Shown piece after piece: positions 28,195 through 39,558 of a stretch of DNA of 64,000 nt (position 1 is the first letter of the stretch; each line of letters starts with the position of its first letter). The notes beneath the pieces were generated by a model, which made no database searches, was not told the origin of the DNA, and saw nothing but the letters and a program-made list of their open reading frames with translations. The position numbers and the translations under genes are program-made. Origin of the DNA: an uncultured delta proteobacterium (GTDB lineage Bacteria; Desulfobacterota; Zymogenia; Zymogenales; Zymogenaceae); NCBI GenBank assembly GCA_963792965.1, contig CAWBYW010000007.1, positions 192,001 to 256,000 on the forward strand, in the 5' to 3' direction.

Positions 28195-29102
28195 TATATA
28201 ATCCCCCGTATTTCGTCAAGACGTGCGATGCCGCCGTCTTCCATGTACGTTTCGATCCCCTCGATGACGGTGACGCACGTGCGCGGATCGATGAAGTTGG
28301 CGGTACCGACCTGAACCGCCGAGGCCCCCACCATGATGAACTCAAGTGCGTCCTCGGCGGTCATAATTCCGCCGATCCCAATGACCGGTATCGACACCGC
28401 GTGCGCCGCCTCCCATACCATCCTCAGTGCCACGGGCTTGATCGCAGGGCCGGAGAGGCCCGCTTTGATGTTCTTGAAGTATGCTCGTCGATTCTTATGA
28501 TCGACAGCCATTCCCATGAGGGTGTTGATGAGGGAGACCGCGTCGGCCCCTCCGTCCTGGGCGGCCGTCGCCAGCGGTTTGATGTCGGTTACGTTTGGGG
28601 TGAGCTTTGCGATCACGGGTTTGCCGGACTCCTCCCTGACCGACCTCACGATCGTCTTGACCAGCTTAGGGTCGGTGCCGAAGATCAGCCCCCCCTTGTC
28701 GACGTTGGGGCAGGAGAGGTTCACCTCCAACACGTCCACGCGATCGACGTTACGGAAAGCGGCCGCCGCCTCGTTGTATTCCTGGATTGATTCCCCGTAG
28801 ATGTTGACGATGATACGCGTATCGTACGCCGAAAGCTTCGGGAGGATTTCTTCGATGAGACGGCGCGCCCCGATGTTCTGGACGCCGATGGAGTTCAACA
28901 GGCCCGACGCGGTCTCAAACAGTCTCGGCGGCTCGTTGCCGGCCCTCGGTCGGGCGGATATTCCTTTTGTTACAATGGCGCCGATTCGGTTGAGATCGGC
29001 AAAGGGCTCAAGCTCAAGGCCGTAGCCGACCGTCCCGGAGGCCCCCATTACCGGATTTTTGAAGGTCACCCCGAACATCGTAACGGAAAGATCGGGACTC
29101 AT
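28194..29102 (-). CDS. pyrD: Dihydroorotate dehydrogenase 1B catalytic subunit
   Basis: KNPVMGASGT, GNEPPRL, EVNLSCPN, KLTPNVTDI, GLSGPAIKP. Confidence 0.95.
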   Translation of the reverse strand: MSPDLSVTMFGVTFKNPVMGASGTVGYGLELEPFADLNRIGAIVTKGISARPRAGNEPPRLFETASGLLNSIGVQNIGARRLIEEILPKLSAYDTRIIVNIYGESIQEYNEAAAAFRNVDRVDVLEVNLSCPNVDKGGLIFGTDPKLVKTIVRSVREESGKPVIAKLTPNVTDIKPLATAAQDGGADAVSLINTLMGMAVDHKNRRAYFKNIKAGLSGPAIKPVALRMVWEAAHAVSIPVIGIGGIMTAEDALEFIMVGASAVQVGTANFIDPRTCVTVIEGIETYMEDGGIARLDEIRGII

Positions 29103-29860
29103 ATCTTTTCCCATCGGATCTGTTTCACGTCAAATACCGGCCCGTCCTTACAGGTGAGGAGATATTCGCCGTCCGCGCCCTTAACGGCGCATCCGAGGCA
29201 CATGCCCATTCCGCATGCCATCCGCTCCTCGAAGGAGACGAAAGCTTCAAAGCCGATCTTTTTCGACAGGCGGTTAATCTCGGCAAGCATCCTGTTCGGA
29301 CCGCAGGCGTAGATGAGGTCGTCGGCCCTTGCACGACTTTCGAGGGCCGATATCGCACTTCCCCGCTCACCGAAGCTCCCGTCCTCCGTCACGAATACGG
29401 TCTCGAGGGCGAGATCACGTGCGTCTTCGGTTATGAAGGTGACGTCGCCCTTCGTCTTGCCCCCCATGATCAACAGCGGTCGTGGCTCGATCGACTCGGC
29501 AAGGGCGATCAGCGGCGGAGCGCCGATTGCTCCCGCCACAAGTATCACGCGTCGCCCGGTGTCCGGCCTCGGAAACGGCCTTCCGAGCGGCCCGATGAGA
29601 TGGATCGGTTGTCCCGCCGCGGTGCGCGAGAGCTTTTTTGTGCCCCTGCCCGCTACCCGGTAGATGATTTCGATAGTGTCGATTTCTTCCAGGAAGCGCG
29701 CGATGGAGAAAGGCCGCCCGAGGAGGGGATCGGTCCCCCACTCTCCCCGAACCATGACGAACTGGCCCGGCTCTCCGCTCGCTACCGGCCCCACATCGGA
29801 AAGCGTCATCTTATAGTAGCCGGGACCAAGTTCCCTATTCCCTACGATCCGCGCCTTCAT
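29099..29860 (-). CDS. pyrK: Dihydroorotate dehydrogenase electron transfer subunit
   Basis: PGQFVM, RPFSI, GPLG, YACGP, EERMACGMGMCLGC, CKDGPVF. Confidence 0.93.
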   Translation of the reverse strand: MKARIVGNRELGPGYYKMTLSDVGPVASGEPGQFVMVRGEWGTDPLLGRPFSIARFLEEIDTIEIIYRVAGRGTKKLSRTAAGQPIHLIGPLGRPFPRPDTGRRVILVAGAIGAPPLIALAESIEPRPLLIMGGKTKGDVTFITEDARDLALETVFVTEDGSFGERGSAISALESRARADDLIYACGPNRMLAEINRLSKKIGFEAFVSFEERMACGMGMCLGCAVKGADGEYLLTCKDGPVFDVKQIRWEKI

Positions 29861-32066
29861 AAACCGCCCGATAAATGCTTTCGGTATTGAGAATCCTCTT
29901 GACGTAACCCTTTGTCTCCGCAAACGGGATATTCTCGATAAACTCGTCCATCTCCATGTCCGGGTCACTGTTCTTGATCCATTTCCTGGTGTTTCCCGGG
30001 CCCGCGTTATAACTACACAGGGCGTAAACCTTTTCGCCGTTGAAATCCTTCATCAGGCCGCTCAGGTAGTATGCGCCGAATCTAATGTTTGTCTGATAGT
30101 CGGCAAGATCCCAGACCTTGAACTCGGTCATCCCGAGCTCCGACGCAATAGTCCTTCCCGTCGTCGGCATAATCTGCATGACTCCGATTGCCCCCGCCCA
30201 GGAGTTAACCCGCGGCTGAAAGAGGCTCTCCTCACGCATGACCGCGTAGACAAGGGAAGGCTCAAGGCGGTATTCCCGAGCGTACCGCTCGACCTCCTTT
30301 TTGTATCCCGTGGGGTATTTCATTTGCCAGTAGAGCTCGTTTTGTCCCGGATGGTACTCGGAAAGCAGATGCGAGAAGCGGCTCGTGGCGATAAGGATCG
30401 GGGTGTAATAATCCCCCGAGTATCTCAGGAGGCGGGCCACCTCGACAAGGAGCTCGGGGCTACCGACACAGCGATCCACGACCAGATTGAGCTCCTTTGC
30501 CGCCGCGTCGTCGAGGTTCATCGTCATCAGCTGGAGCGCCTCTGCAAGATGAGAAGTGATTCTCTTGTCGGAGGTAAGGGAGTCGAATCTGCCGAAGTCC
30601 CTCGTCCAGTAGCTCTCGTCGAAGGTCTTCTTATTTGAAGGCGCGTCCGCCGGCACCCCGAGCTTCTTGAGCCGGTCCTGCGCCTGCAGGCAGTAGTAGG
30701 TTGTGATATATTTTGTCCGGATGGTTTTGTAGAGATCTATTGCCTCGGACAGCTTATTCTGCTTTTCGAGGGCGCGAGCCTGCCAGTAGAGATATTGCGG
30801 GTACTCCTTCCTATCGCTATAGTCACCGGCCATCCGTGCAAAATATTGTTCGGCCTTCGCGTAGTCTTTTTTCATGAAATAGAGCCAGCCGATGGACCAT
30901 AAGACATCGCGCACCTTATCACCACGGGAGTAGCTGGAGAGATAGGTCTCGTAGCATCCAATGGCATCGTCGTATCGTTTCAGCTCCTCATCCGTCCGTG
31001 CCGCCAGGTAGATCGATTCCTCGGCCAGTCCGGTCTTCGGGTATTTGTTGAATATATCGAGATATCCGGCCAGTGCCATGTCGTCTCTGTCGAGCCGATT
31101 ATAGCATTGAGCACGCCAGTAGAGCAGCTCGACACGGGGAAGATTTTCCGGACTGGAAAGGAGCGCCTCGAAGAGCTCGCGGGCACTCTCGTACTTTCCC
31201 GATTTAAAGTACGACTTCGCCTTGAGGTACTCGATCTCCTTATTGATGTTGACGGGTAGCGACCCGGTCTTCTTGCCGAGGAGGGCCGGCATCTCGGCGG
31301 CGGCCGATATGACCCGATCATACGCCTCACCATCATAGAGGTTATCGATCCTCTTTTTCAGCTCCGCTACGGTAAACCCTCCTCCCGCCCCGAGCCGGTT
31401 GATCCCTTCAAAGGCCTTTTCCTGGGCGTCGCTCGTCGGATAGTCGATCCATATCTCCCTGTATAGTGCAAGCGCCTCGTTCTTTCTTCCCATCTCCTCC
31501 AGCGTCTTCCCCTTTTGATAGAGTGTCGAGGGGTATTTTTTTGACTCCTTGTTGTTGAAGAGGAATGCGTCATAGACCGTGAGGGCCGCTTCGTACTTGC
31601 CCATGCCGGCATAGTAGTCACCCATCATGACGGTCATCTGACTGTTCCAGATGCTGTCGGGATGGGTATCCACGCAGCGTTTGGCCGTCTCGAACGCGGC
31701 CTTATACTCTCCCTTTTGAAAGTAGGTCTGGGCCAGATAGTAGAGAGTGTAGTCCTCAAGCTCTCTATAGTTGTCACGGCAATATTCAAAGTAGCGCTGG
31801 GCCTGGTCGTAGTCCTGCAGGTTCATTGCCGCAAGGCCCGCCATAAAGGCGATCTTATCTGCCTGCTCAGGCTTGAGGGTGGTCAGATCGATGGCGTCGG
31901 CCTCGGATAGAAGACGTTGATAGTCCTTCTCGGACATGAGCGAGAGCGCCGACAGAAATTCGTCACCCGGGGCAAAACGCGGAATCTTCTTTACGCAGGC
32001 AAACTGAAAGAGGAGAAAGAGGACAAACCAGCCCAGGATCACCAAGAGGTAACGGTTCTTCTTCAT
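29835..32066 (-). CDS. TPR-repeat soluble lytic transglycosylase (probable lipoprotein)
   Basis: Signal with FAC, many TPRs, SLT motifs AVMREESLF, AGAIGVMQIMPTT, SYNAGPG, IPFAETKGYV. Confidence 0.9.
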   Translation of the reverse strand: MKKNRYLLVILGWFVLFLLFQFACVKKIPRFAPGDEFLSALSLMSEKDYQRLLSEADAIDLTTLKPEQADKIAFMAGLAAMNLQDYDQAQRYFEYCRDNYRELEDYTLYYLAQTYFQKGEYKAAFETAKRCVDTHPDSIWNSQMTVMMGDYYAGMGKYEAALTVYDAFLFNNKESKKYPSTLYQKGKTLEEMGRKNEALALYREIWIDYPTSDAQEKAFEGINRLGAGGGFTVAELKKRIDNLYDGEAYDRVISAAAEMPALLGKKTGSLPVNINKEIEYLKAKSYFKSGKYESARELFEALLSSPENLPRVELLYWRAQCYNRLDRDDMALAGYLDIFNKYPKTGLAEESIYLAARTDEELKRYDDAIGCYETYLSSYSRGDKVRDVLWSIGWLYFMKKDYAKAEQYFARMAGDYSDRKEYPQYLYWQARALEKQNKLSEAIDLYKTIRTKYITTYYCLQAQDRLKKLGVPADAPSNKKTFDESYWTRDFGRFDSLTSDKRITSHLAEALQLMTMNLDDAAAKELNLVVDRCVGSPELLVEVARLLRYSGDYYTPILIATSRFSHLLSEYHPGQNELYWQMKYPTGYKKEVERYAREYRLEPSLVYAVMREESLFQPRVNSWAGAIGVMQIMPTTGRTIASELGMTEFKVWDLADYQTNIRFGAYYLSGLMKDFNGEKVYALCSYNAGPGNTRKWIKNSDPDMEMDEFIENIPFAETKGYVKRILNTESIYRAVYEGADRRE

Positions 32067-32748
32067 TGCTGAGATTTCTTTTCCTTTCTGAGCCTGTTGA
32101 CGAGGATATGGGCTGCCCTTACCGGCTCCGGTATACGATATCGGCCCGTCGCCGACATGACCAGGCCGACGGCCCCCTCGCAAGAGATCAGGTTTCCCGG
32201 GGAAACGAAAACCGGGCGCGCGTTATCTTTTGTCCTGACCGCATATCCTACCGTCTCGTTTTTATCGATCAGGGGGGCACTGCTCCCCGTTCGCTTTTCA
32301 CCTCGCCGTGCTCTCCCACCAGTCTCGTCTTGGCGCACCCCGCAGAGGGAATGCCGAGAATAAGCCCCAAATGGGACGCAAGCCCAAAGCGCCTCGGATG
32401 GGCGATCCCTTGTCCGTCGAAAATCACGGCCTGGGGGACCGTGGAGAGCTTTTCGAATGCGGCCAGCATGATCGGCCCTTCACGGAACGAAAGGAGGCCG
32501 GGGATATAGGGGAAGCCGACCCGGGATACATGATGCACGCTCTCGATCACCTCAAAAGTCACGATATCCATCACGACGACGGCCGCATAGAAGAGCTCGC
32601 CCCACTTCTCATACGAGACGTCGGCCCCGGCGACGAGCCTTATCCCGTCACCCGAGCCGAAGAGCACGAGCCGCTCCTTGAGCCGCTCCTGGAGGGCCGC
32701 CGCCCGCCCGTAGTCGAGATCCCAGGGGTGAATGGCATCGACGATCAC
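32063..32748 (-). CDS. nfi: Endonuclease V; one base missing near 32285-32288
   Basis: AGADVSY, FPYIPGLLSFREGP, DGQGIAHPRRFGLASHLG, GCAK; C-terminus PVFVSPG...YRIPEPVRAAH in the adjacent frame. Confidence 0.9.
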
Positions 32749-33524
32749 AGTCTTAGATATACCTCGTCATCAACGGCCGCCCCGATTTCTTTTTGGGCGC
32801 TTCCGCGATTTACGGCGATCTCTAAAAAATCCGAGCTCCCCAGAAGCGCCATTGCGTCTCCCGGTTTTCCTCTTCCGTAATGATCCGATAGTCCTTGTAT
32901 TCTCGTCTGTAGCACCGCGATCTCCCTCACAATCTCACGGCCCGTGAGGCGGACGTTCGTTATGAGGTTTCCGAACCGATCGATATGGAGCACGATTCCC
33001 CTGATCTCATTTCCCGTCCGCTCGGCCGCAGGAAAGGGAATGGTGATGGGGTCGCTAACGGGCGGCCCGAGGTCCTCCACCGAAACTCCTCTTGAGAGGT
33101 GCGCGGCCGCCGGTGCGAAGATGTCCCTGCCGTGGAACGTCCCCGAGATCGCCGGCAGGATATAGTCCGGCTCCTTGATTTCGGCGATAACGGCCCTCTT
33201 GGTATTTCCTATCGCCCACGTGAGGATCCCGTTGTCCGGACCGACGAACGTGAAATCATCAGTCCTGGCGGCGATCGCCCGGCGTCCCCCCCCTACCCCG
33301 GGATCAACAACCGCCACATGTACGGTTCCCTTGGGAAAATAGCGGGCGGAGATAAGGAGGGCAAATGCCCCCTCCCGGACGTTTTGCGCGGAGATCCCGT
33401 GGGTCAGGTCTATGACGACGGCCTCGGGGTTGATCGATGCGATGACCCCCTTCACGATACCCGCGAAGGGATCCCGCGTACCGAAGTCTGTCGTTAGTGT
33501 TATAAGCGACTGCCCGACACCCAC
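32745..33524 (-). CDS. DUF62 / SAM hydroxide adenosyltransferase (chlorinase/fluorinase family)
   Basis: ITLTTDFG, VVDPGVG, VGPDNG, TFHGRDIFAPAAA, IDRFGNLITN. Confidence 0.93.
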   Translation of the reverse strand: MGVGQSLITLTTDFGTRDPFAGIVKGVIASINPEAVVIDLTHGISAQNVREGAFALLISARYFPKGTVHVAVVDPGVGGGRRAIAARTDDFTFVGPDNGILTWAIGNTKRAVIAEIKEPDYILPAISGTFHGRDIFAPAAAHLSRGVSVEDLGPPVSDPITIPFPAAERTGNEIRGIVLHIDRFGNLITNVRLTGREIVREIAVLQTRIQGLSDHYGRGKPGDAMALLGSSDFLEIAVNRGSAQKEIGAAVDDEVYLRL

Positions 33525-33599
33525 GCTTTGGCCTTCTTCTCCTGCTTGTCTTAAAGTAACATACCAGTCATGGACAAGTCAAGAGACGACCGTAAATAG

Positions 33600-35935
<2,336 letters not shown>

Positions 35936-35936
35936 T

Positions 35937-36933
35937 ATGAAAGAGGCTCTTTTCTACGAGGCCCTTCCCGAGGAGAAAGTCCGATGTTTCCTGTGTCCGC
36001 ATAACTGCGTGATCGCACAGGGAAAGCGGGGTATTTGCAGCGTCAGGCAGAACCATAACGGCAAGCTCATCGCCCTCACCTACGAGCACCCCGCCTCCTC
36101 CCAGATGGACCCGATCGAAAAAAAACCCCTCTATCACTTTCACCCCGGCTCGGAAATCCTCTCATTCGGCAGCGTCGGCTGCAACTTTTCGTGCGGTTTC
36201 TGTCAGAACTGGTCCCTCGTCTCGAGTCCCGTTCCCCGCTCGACGCTTCCTGCGGCCGAAGTGCCGATACTTGCCGAAAAACATGGCTCCATCGGCGTGG
36301 CGTGGACCTACAACGAGCCCTTCATCTGGTACGAATATATCATGGACGCGGGACGGCTCGTCAGGGAGGCGGGCCTGACGAACGTGCTGGTCACCAACGG
36401 GTACGTAAATCCTGAGCCGCTCCGGGCGATGCTCCCGATCATCGATGCCATGAACATAGATCTGAAATCGATCAACGATTCGTTTTACCGCAAAAACTGC
36501 AAGGGACGCGTCGATCCGGTCTGCGAGACGATCCGCCTTTCCCACAGCGAATGCCTCGTGGAGGTCACTAACCTCCTGATCCCGGGAGAAAACGATTCAA
36601 GGGAGGATATCGAGCGACTCGTCGAATTCATTGCCGGAGTCGATAAAGAGATCCCGCTTCACTTCTCCCGGTACTTCCCCCATCGCTCGTTCGAGAGCCC
36701 CCCTACCCCTCCGGAGACCCTGCTCATGGCCTACGAGATCGCCAAGCAAGAGCCTTAGCTACGTCTATCTCGGTAACGTCATGCTCGAAGCCGGGAACGA
36801 CACCCACTGCCCCCACTGTGGCGCCCTCGTGGTCCGGCGGCGAGGCTACGATACTCACGTAGAGGGTCTTCTGAACAACGCCTGCGCCTCCTGTCACCGC
36901 ATACTTAATTTTATTTATAAGGGTACGTCATGA
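35937..36933 (+). CDS. amrS: AmmeMemoRadiSam system radical SAM enzyme; frameshift near 36747
   Basis: CFLCPHNC, DPIEKKPLYHF, GCNFSCGFCQN, TYNEP, PLHFSRYFP; C-terminus YVYLGNV..THCPHCG..CASC in the next frame. Confidence 0.9.
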
Positions 36934-37538
36934 AGAAAATTGTGCTGATCCTTGCGTTTCTGAGCCTTTTTGGATGCGGTCCCTCCGTCAGTGAGACGAA
37001 GCCCGCGAAATTCATCCCAAGATTTTCTGAAGACGCTACCCCAAAAGGATTTGAGTTTGAAGGCAATACCGTTACGTACAAGGTCATGGATTCCACGGTT
37101 AAGATTAAATACATGGAACCGTCGGATATCGACCTTTTCTTTCTGAAGCACAATCTTCCCAATCCGTTCATCGGCTCCGCGAGTCTGCAGGAGAACCTGA
37201 CATTGTTTCTGCTGACCTTTGTTAACAACGAGAAGAGGATGATGAGGTTCGACCCCCGGAGGGCTTCCATCTATATCGGCAACAGATATTATCGAGGTTC
37301 ATATGACTACACGGAGGTCATGATTGCCTTTGAAAAATTCAATCCCGGGGCAGACAGCTCTCTTTTCAAAAAGACGATGTACGATCTCGAACTCGATATT
37401 CAACCCGGGAGCACCGTCGAGGGGCTCTTGATTTTCCCGTTTATCCCCAAGCACTCAAAGAAGATTGTTGTCATGGTTGACGGCATTCTTATCGCAGATC
37501 AGACGTTCGGCATACCCTTTGAATTCGATGAAAAATAA
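36930..37538 (+). CDS. Hypothetical lipoprotein
   Basis: MKKIVLILAFLSLFGC lipobox; C-terminal IQPGSTVEGLLIFP suggests an Ig-like beta sandwich. Confidence 0.75.
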   Translation: MKKIVLILAFLSLFGCGPSVSETKPAKFIPRFSEDATPKGFEFEGNTVTYKVMDSTVKIKYMEPSDIDLFFLKHNLPNPFIGSASLQENLTLFLLTFVNNEKRMMRFDPRRASIYIGNRYYRGSYDYTEVMIAFEKFNPGADSSLFKKTMYDLELDIQPGSTVEGLLIFPFIPKHSKKIVVMVDGILIADQTFGIPFEFDEK

Positions 37539-37619
37539 TATGTTGACAAGGTATTTGCGCAGTGGTAGCGTTGTTAGGGTGGGTCAATTCATCTGCGTTT
37601 TTAAAGCGGGAGAACTTGA

Positions 37620-38123
37620 ATGATATCAGAGAGACTGGTAAGGCTCATCGAAAACGATGCGGACATCCTTACGAAGAACTGGCTTCACGACGTCCGGCAA
37701 AATCCCACCACCCCCACCTACCAGGGCTTCCCCGAAGAAAAGCTCTACCAGCGCGCGAACTTTATCTACAGCCAGCTCGGCCACTGGATATCGAGAAAGA
37801 CCGGGAAGGGAGAGGTTCGAGCGTACTACACAAAACTCGGCGCCGAGCGGTTAAACGAGGGGTTTGCCCTTTATGAAGTCGTTAGCGCAATCATTCTCCT
37901 TAAGCGCCATCTGTGGCTCCACGTGCTGTCCGATGGGCAGCTTTCCACGGCCTTTGAGCTGTACCAATCGCTGGAGCTCAACAACCGAGTCGTGCTCTTT
38001 TTCGACCGGGCCGTCTACTATACGATCATCGGGTACGAAGACGCCCTGAGAAAGAGGGCGAAGAAGGAAAAGGGATTCTTCGGCAAGCTCCTCGGGCGCG
38101 AGAAAAAGGAGAAAAAGGGGTAA
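37620..38123 (+). CDS. Conserved hypothetical all-helical protein (RsbRD-N / globin-like)
   Basis: LVRLIENDADILTKNW, LGAERLNEGF.L.EVVSAI, FFDRAVYY; TTGACA promoter at 37543. Confidence 0.7.
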   Translation: MISERLVRLIENDADILTKNWLHDVRQNPTTPTYQGFPEEKLYQRANFIYSQLGHWISRKTGKGEVRAYYTKLGAERLNEGFALYEVVSAIILLKRHLWLHVLSDGQLSTAFELYQSLELNNRVVLFFDRAVYYTIIGYEDALRKRAKKEKGFFGKLLGREKKEKKG

Positions 38124-38223
38124 TCGGCGCCCCATCCGCATGGGGTGACCGCGGCGCTATCCCCCGGGATCTGTCGTTCGCTCCTCACATCGCCTATCAG
38201 GATCGCCTCCGGTCGTCGAGCCC

Positions 38224-39081
38224 TTACTTTTTATACTTGATGATCTCGGTGTAGGCCACTTTCGTCGGGATACCGAGAAGAACTGAGATGGCCTCGGCCG
38301 CTTCCCTTGTTTTCTTCTCCGGATGCCCGGCTCTATATCGTGCCACCTCTCGTCTTACTGTCTCCAGATCTATCCCCGTCTCATCCTCCCTCTCCCTTCC
38401 GGCCAGGACGATGACCACCTCTCCGCGGAGATTCGGCCGTCGGTCGATTTCGGTAAGGACCTCCGACACCTTCCCCCTGATGACCTCCTCGTGCACCTTG
38501 GTCATCTCCCGACAGAGGGCACAACGGCGGTCTCCCGCGCAATCCAGGATATCGACGAGCGTTTCTCTTACCCTCTGCGGTGATTCGAAAATGACGACGG
38601 TCTTCGTCTCCCGGCCGATGTCCAACAACACTATCCGTCTCTTTTTCCCTTTTCGGGGTAAGAATCCGAGGAATACAAACTGGGACGTGTCAAGTCCCGA
38701 AATGGAGAGAGCGCACAGGATGGAGGAAGCGCCGGGAATCTGGACCACGTCGATCCCTTCCCGAATACAAAGAGATATCAGGTGGGCTCCCGGATCGGAG
38801 ATGCCCGGAGTTCCCGCATCGGTTACGAGCGCGACCCTTCTGCCTTCTCCGAGCGCGTCCATGATACTCCGGGCCGCCTTCTCACGATTCTGCTCACGGT
38901 AGCTGACAAGGCTTCCCGTTATCTGATACGCCGAGAGGAGCCTTCTGGTGATCCGGGTGTCTTCTGCGGCGATAAGATCCACGGATTTCAGCGTCTCCAG
39001 GGCACGCAGCGTTATGTCCTTGAGGTTTCCGATGGGGGTCGAGACCACAAAGAGCGCACTCTTTTTTTTGTTATTTTCCAT
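38224..39081 (-). CDS. rsmI: 16S rRNA (cytidine1402-2'-O)-methyltransferase
   Basis: VSTPIGNLKDITLRA, AAEDTR, TDAGTPGISDPG, FESPQR, REMTKVHEE. Confidence 0.95.
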   Translation of the reverse strand: MENNKKKSALFVVSTPIGNLKDITLRALETLKSVDLIAAEDTRITRRLLSAYQITGSLVSYREQNREKAARSIMDALGEGRRVALVTDAGTPGISDPGAHLISLCIREGIDVVQIPGASSILCALSISGLDTSQFVFLGFLPRKGKKRRIVLLDIGRETKTVVIFESPQRVRETLVDILDCAGDRRCALCREMTKVHEEVIRGKVSEVLTEIDRRPNLRGEVVIVLAGREREDETGIDLETVRREVARYRAGHPEKKTREAAEAISVLLGIPTKVAYTEIIKYKK

Positions 39082-39142
39082 AAAAAATGTCTTGATTAAG
39101 CCGGTTTTCTTGATATAATACAAAAGTTTTTGGAGGTCAACT

Positions 39143-39331
39143 ATGAGTCGAGTCTGCGATATCTGTGGAAAGAGGCCCGTCGTCGGCCATAACGTCAGCC
39201 ACGCCCACAACATCACCAAGCGGAGATGGTATCCTAACCTTCATGAGATGCGTACGCGCGTCGGAAGCAAGATGGTCCGCGTGAAAGTCTGTACACGCTG
39301 TATCCGCTCGGGACTGGTAACGAAGGTATAA
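39143..39331 (+). CDS. rpmB: 50S ribosomal protein L28 (Zn-ribbon form)
   Basis: [29 protein letters not shown]...VCTRCIRS; GGAGG SD and TGaTATAAT promoter. Confidence 0.97.
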   Translation: MSRVCDICGKRPVVGHNVSHAHNITKRRWYPNLHEMRTRVGSKMVRVKVCTRCIRSGLVTKV

Positions 39332-39558
39332 TCCACCGTCATCCTGGCTTAAAGAATTAACTTCCGCGCCCGGCAAGGTGCTTCGGCACGAAGGCGGCCG
39401 CAAGAAGATACCTTTCAATCGTCGATATATCAGGGCACGACACGTCGTGTCTCTTTTTTATTCCCCATACACGGCATCCGGTTACCGGCGACGCCCCGGC
39501 GTCATGACCTTCTCGATACCGGTGGGTCTCCGGCCGTCCGTTGTGTCGGGCCGGGACG

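Noticed and set aside
32745-33524. Halogenase (fluorinase/chlorinase) secondary-metabolite cluster
   Set aside because: Housekeeping context and typical DUF62 motifs (FHGRD) favour a SAM hydrolase
36740-36760. TAG/TGA stops inside amrS, livM and SBP2 as pyrrolysine/selenocysteine readthrough or programmed frameshifts
   Set aside because: Homology continues in a different frame, and there is no slippery heptamer or SECIS-like signal
38124-38223. GC-rich intergenic region next to rsmI considered as SRP RNA or RNase P RNA
   Set aside because: Lacks the SRP GGAA-loop/AGCAG motif and is too short for rnpB; only a simple hairpin CGCCCCAT/ATGGGGTG is present
39431-39459. REP-like palindrome GGGCACGACACGTCGTGTCTC
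   Set aside because: Single copy, no RAYT or transposase nearby; better explained as a terminator between rpmB and rel
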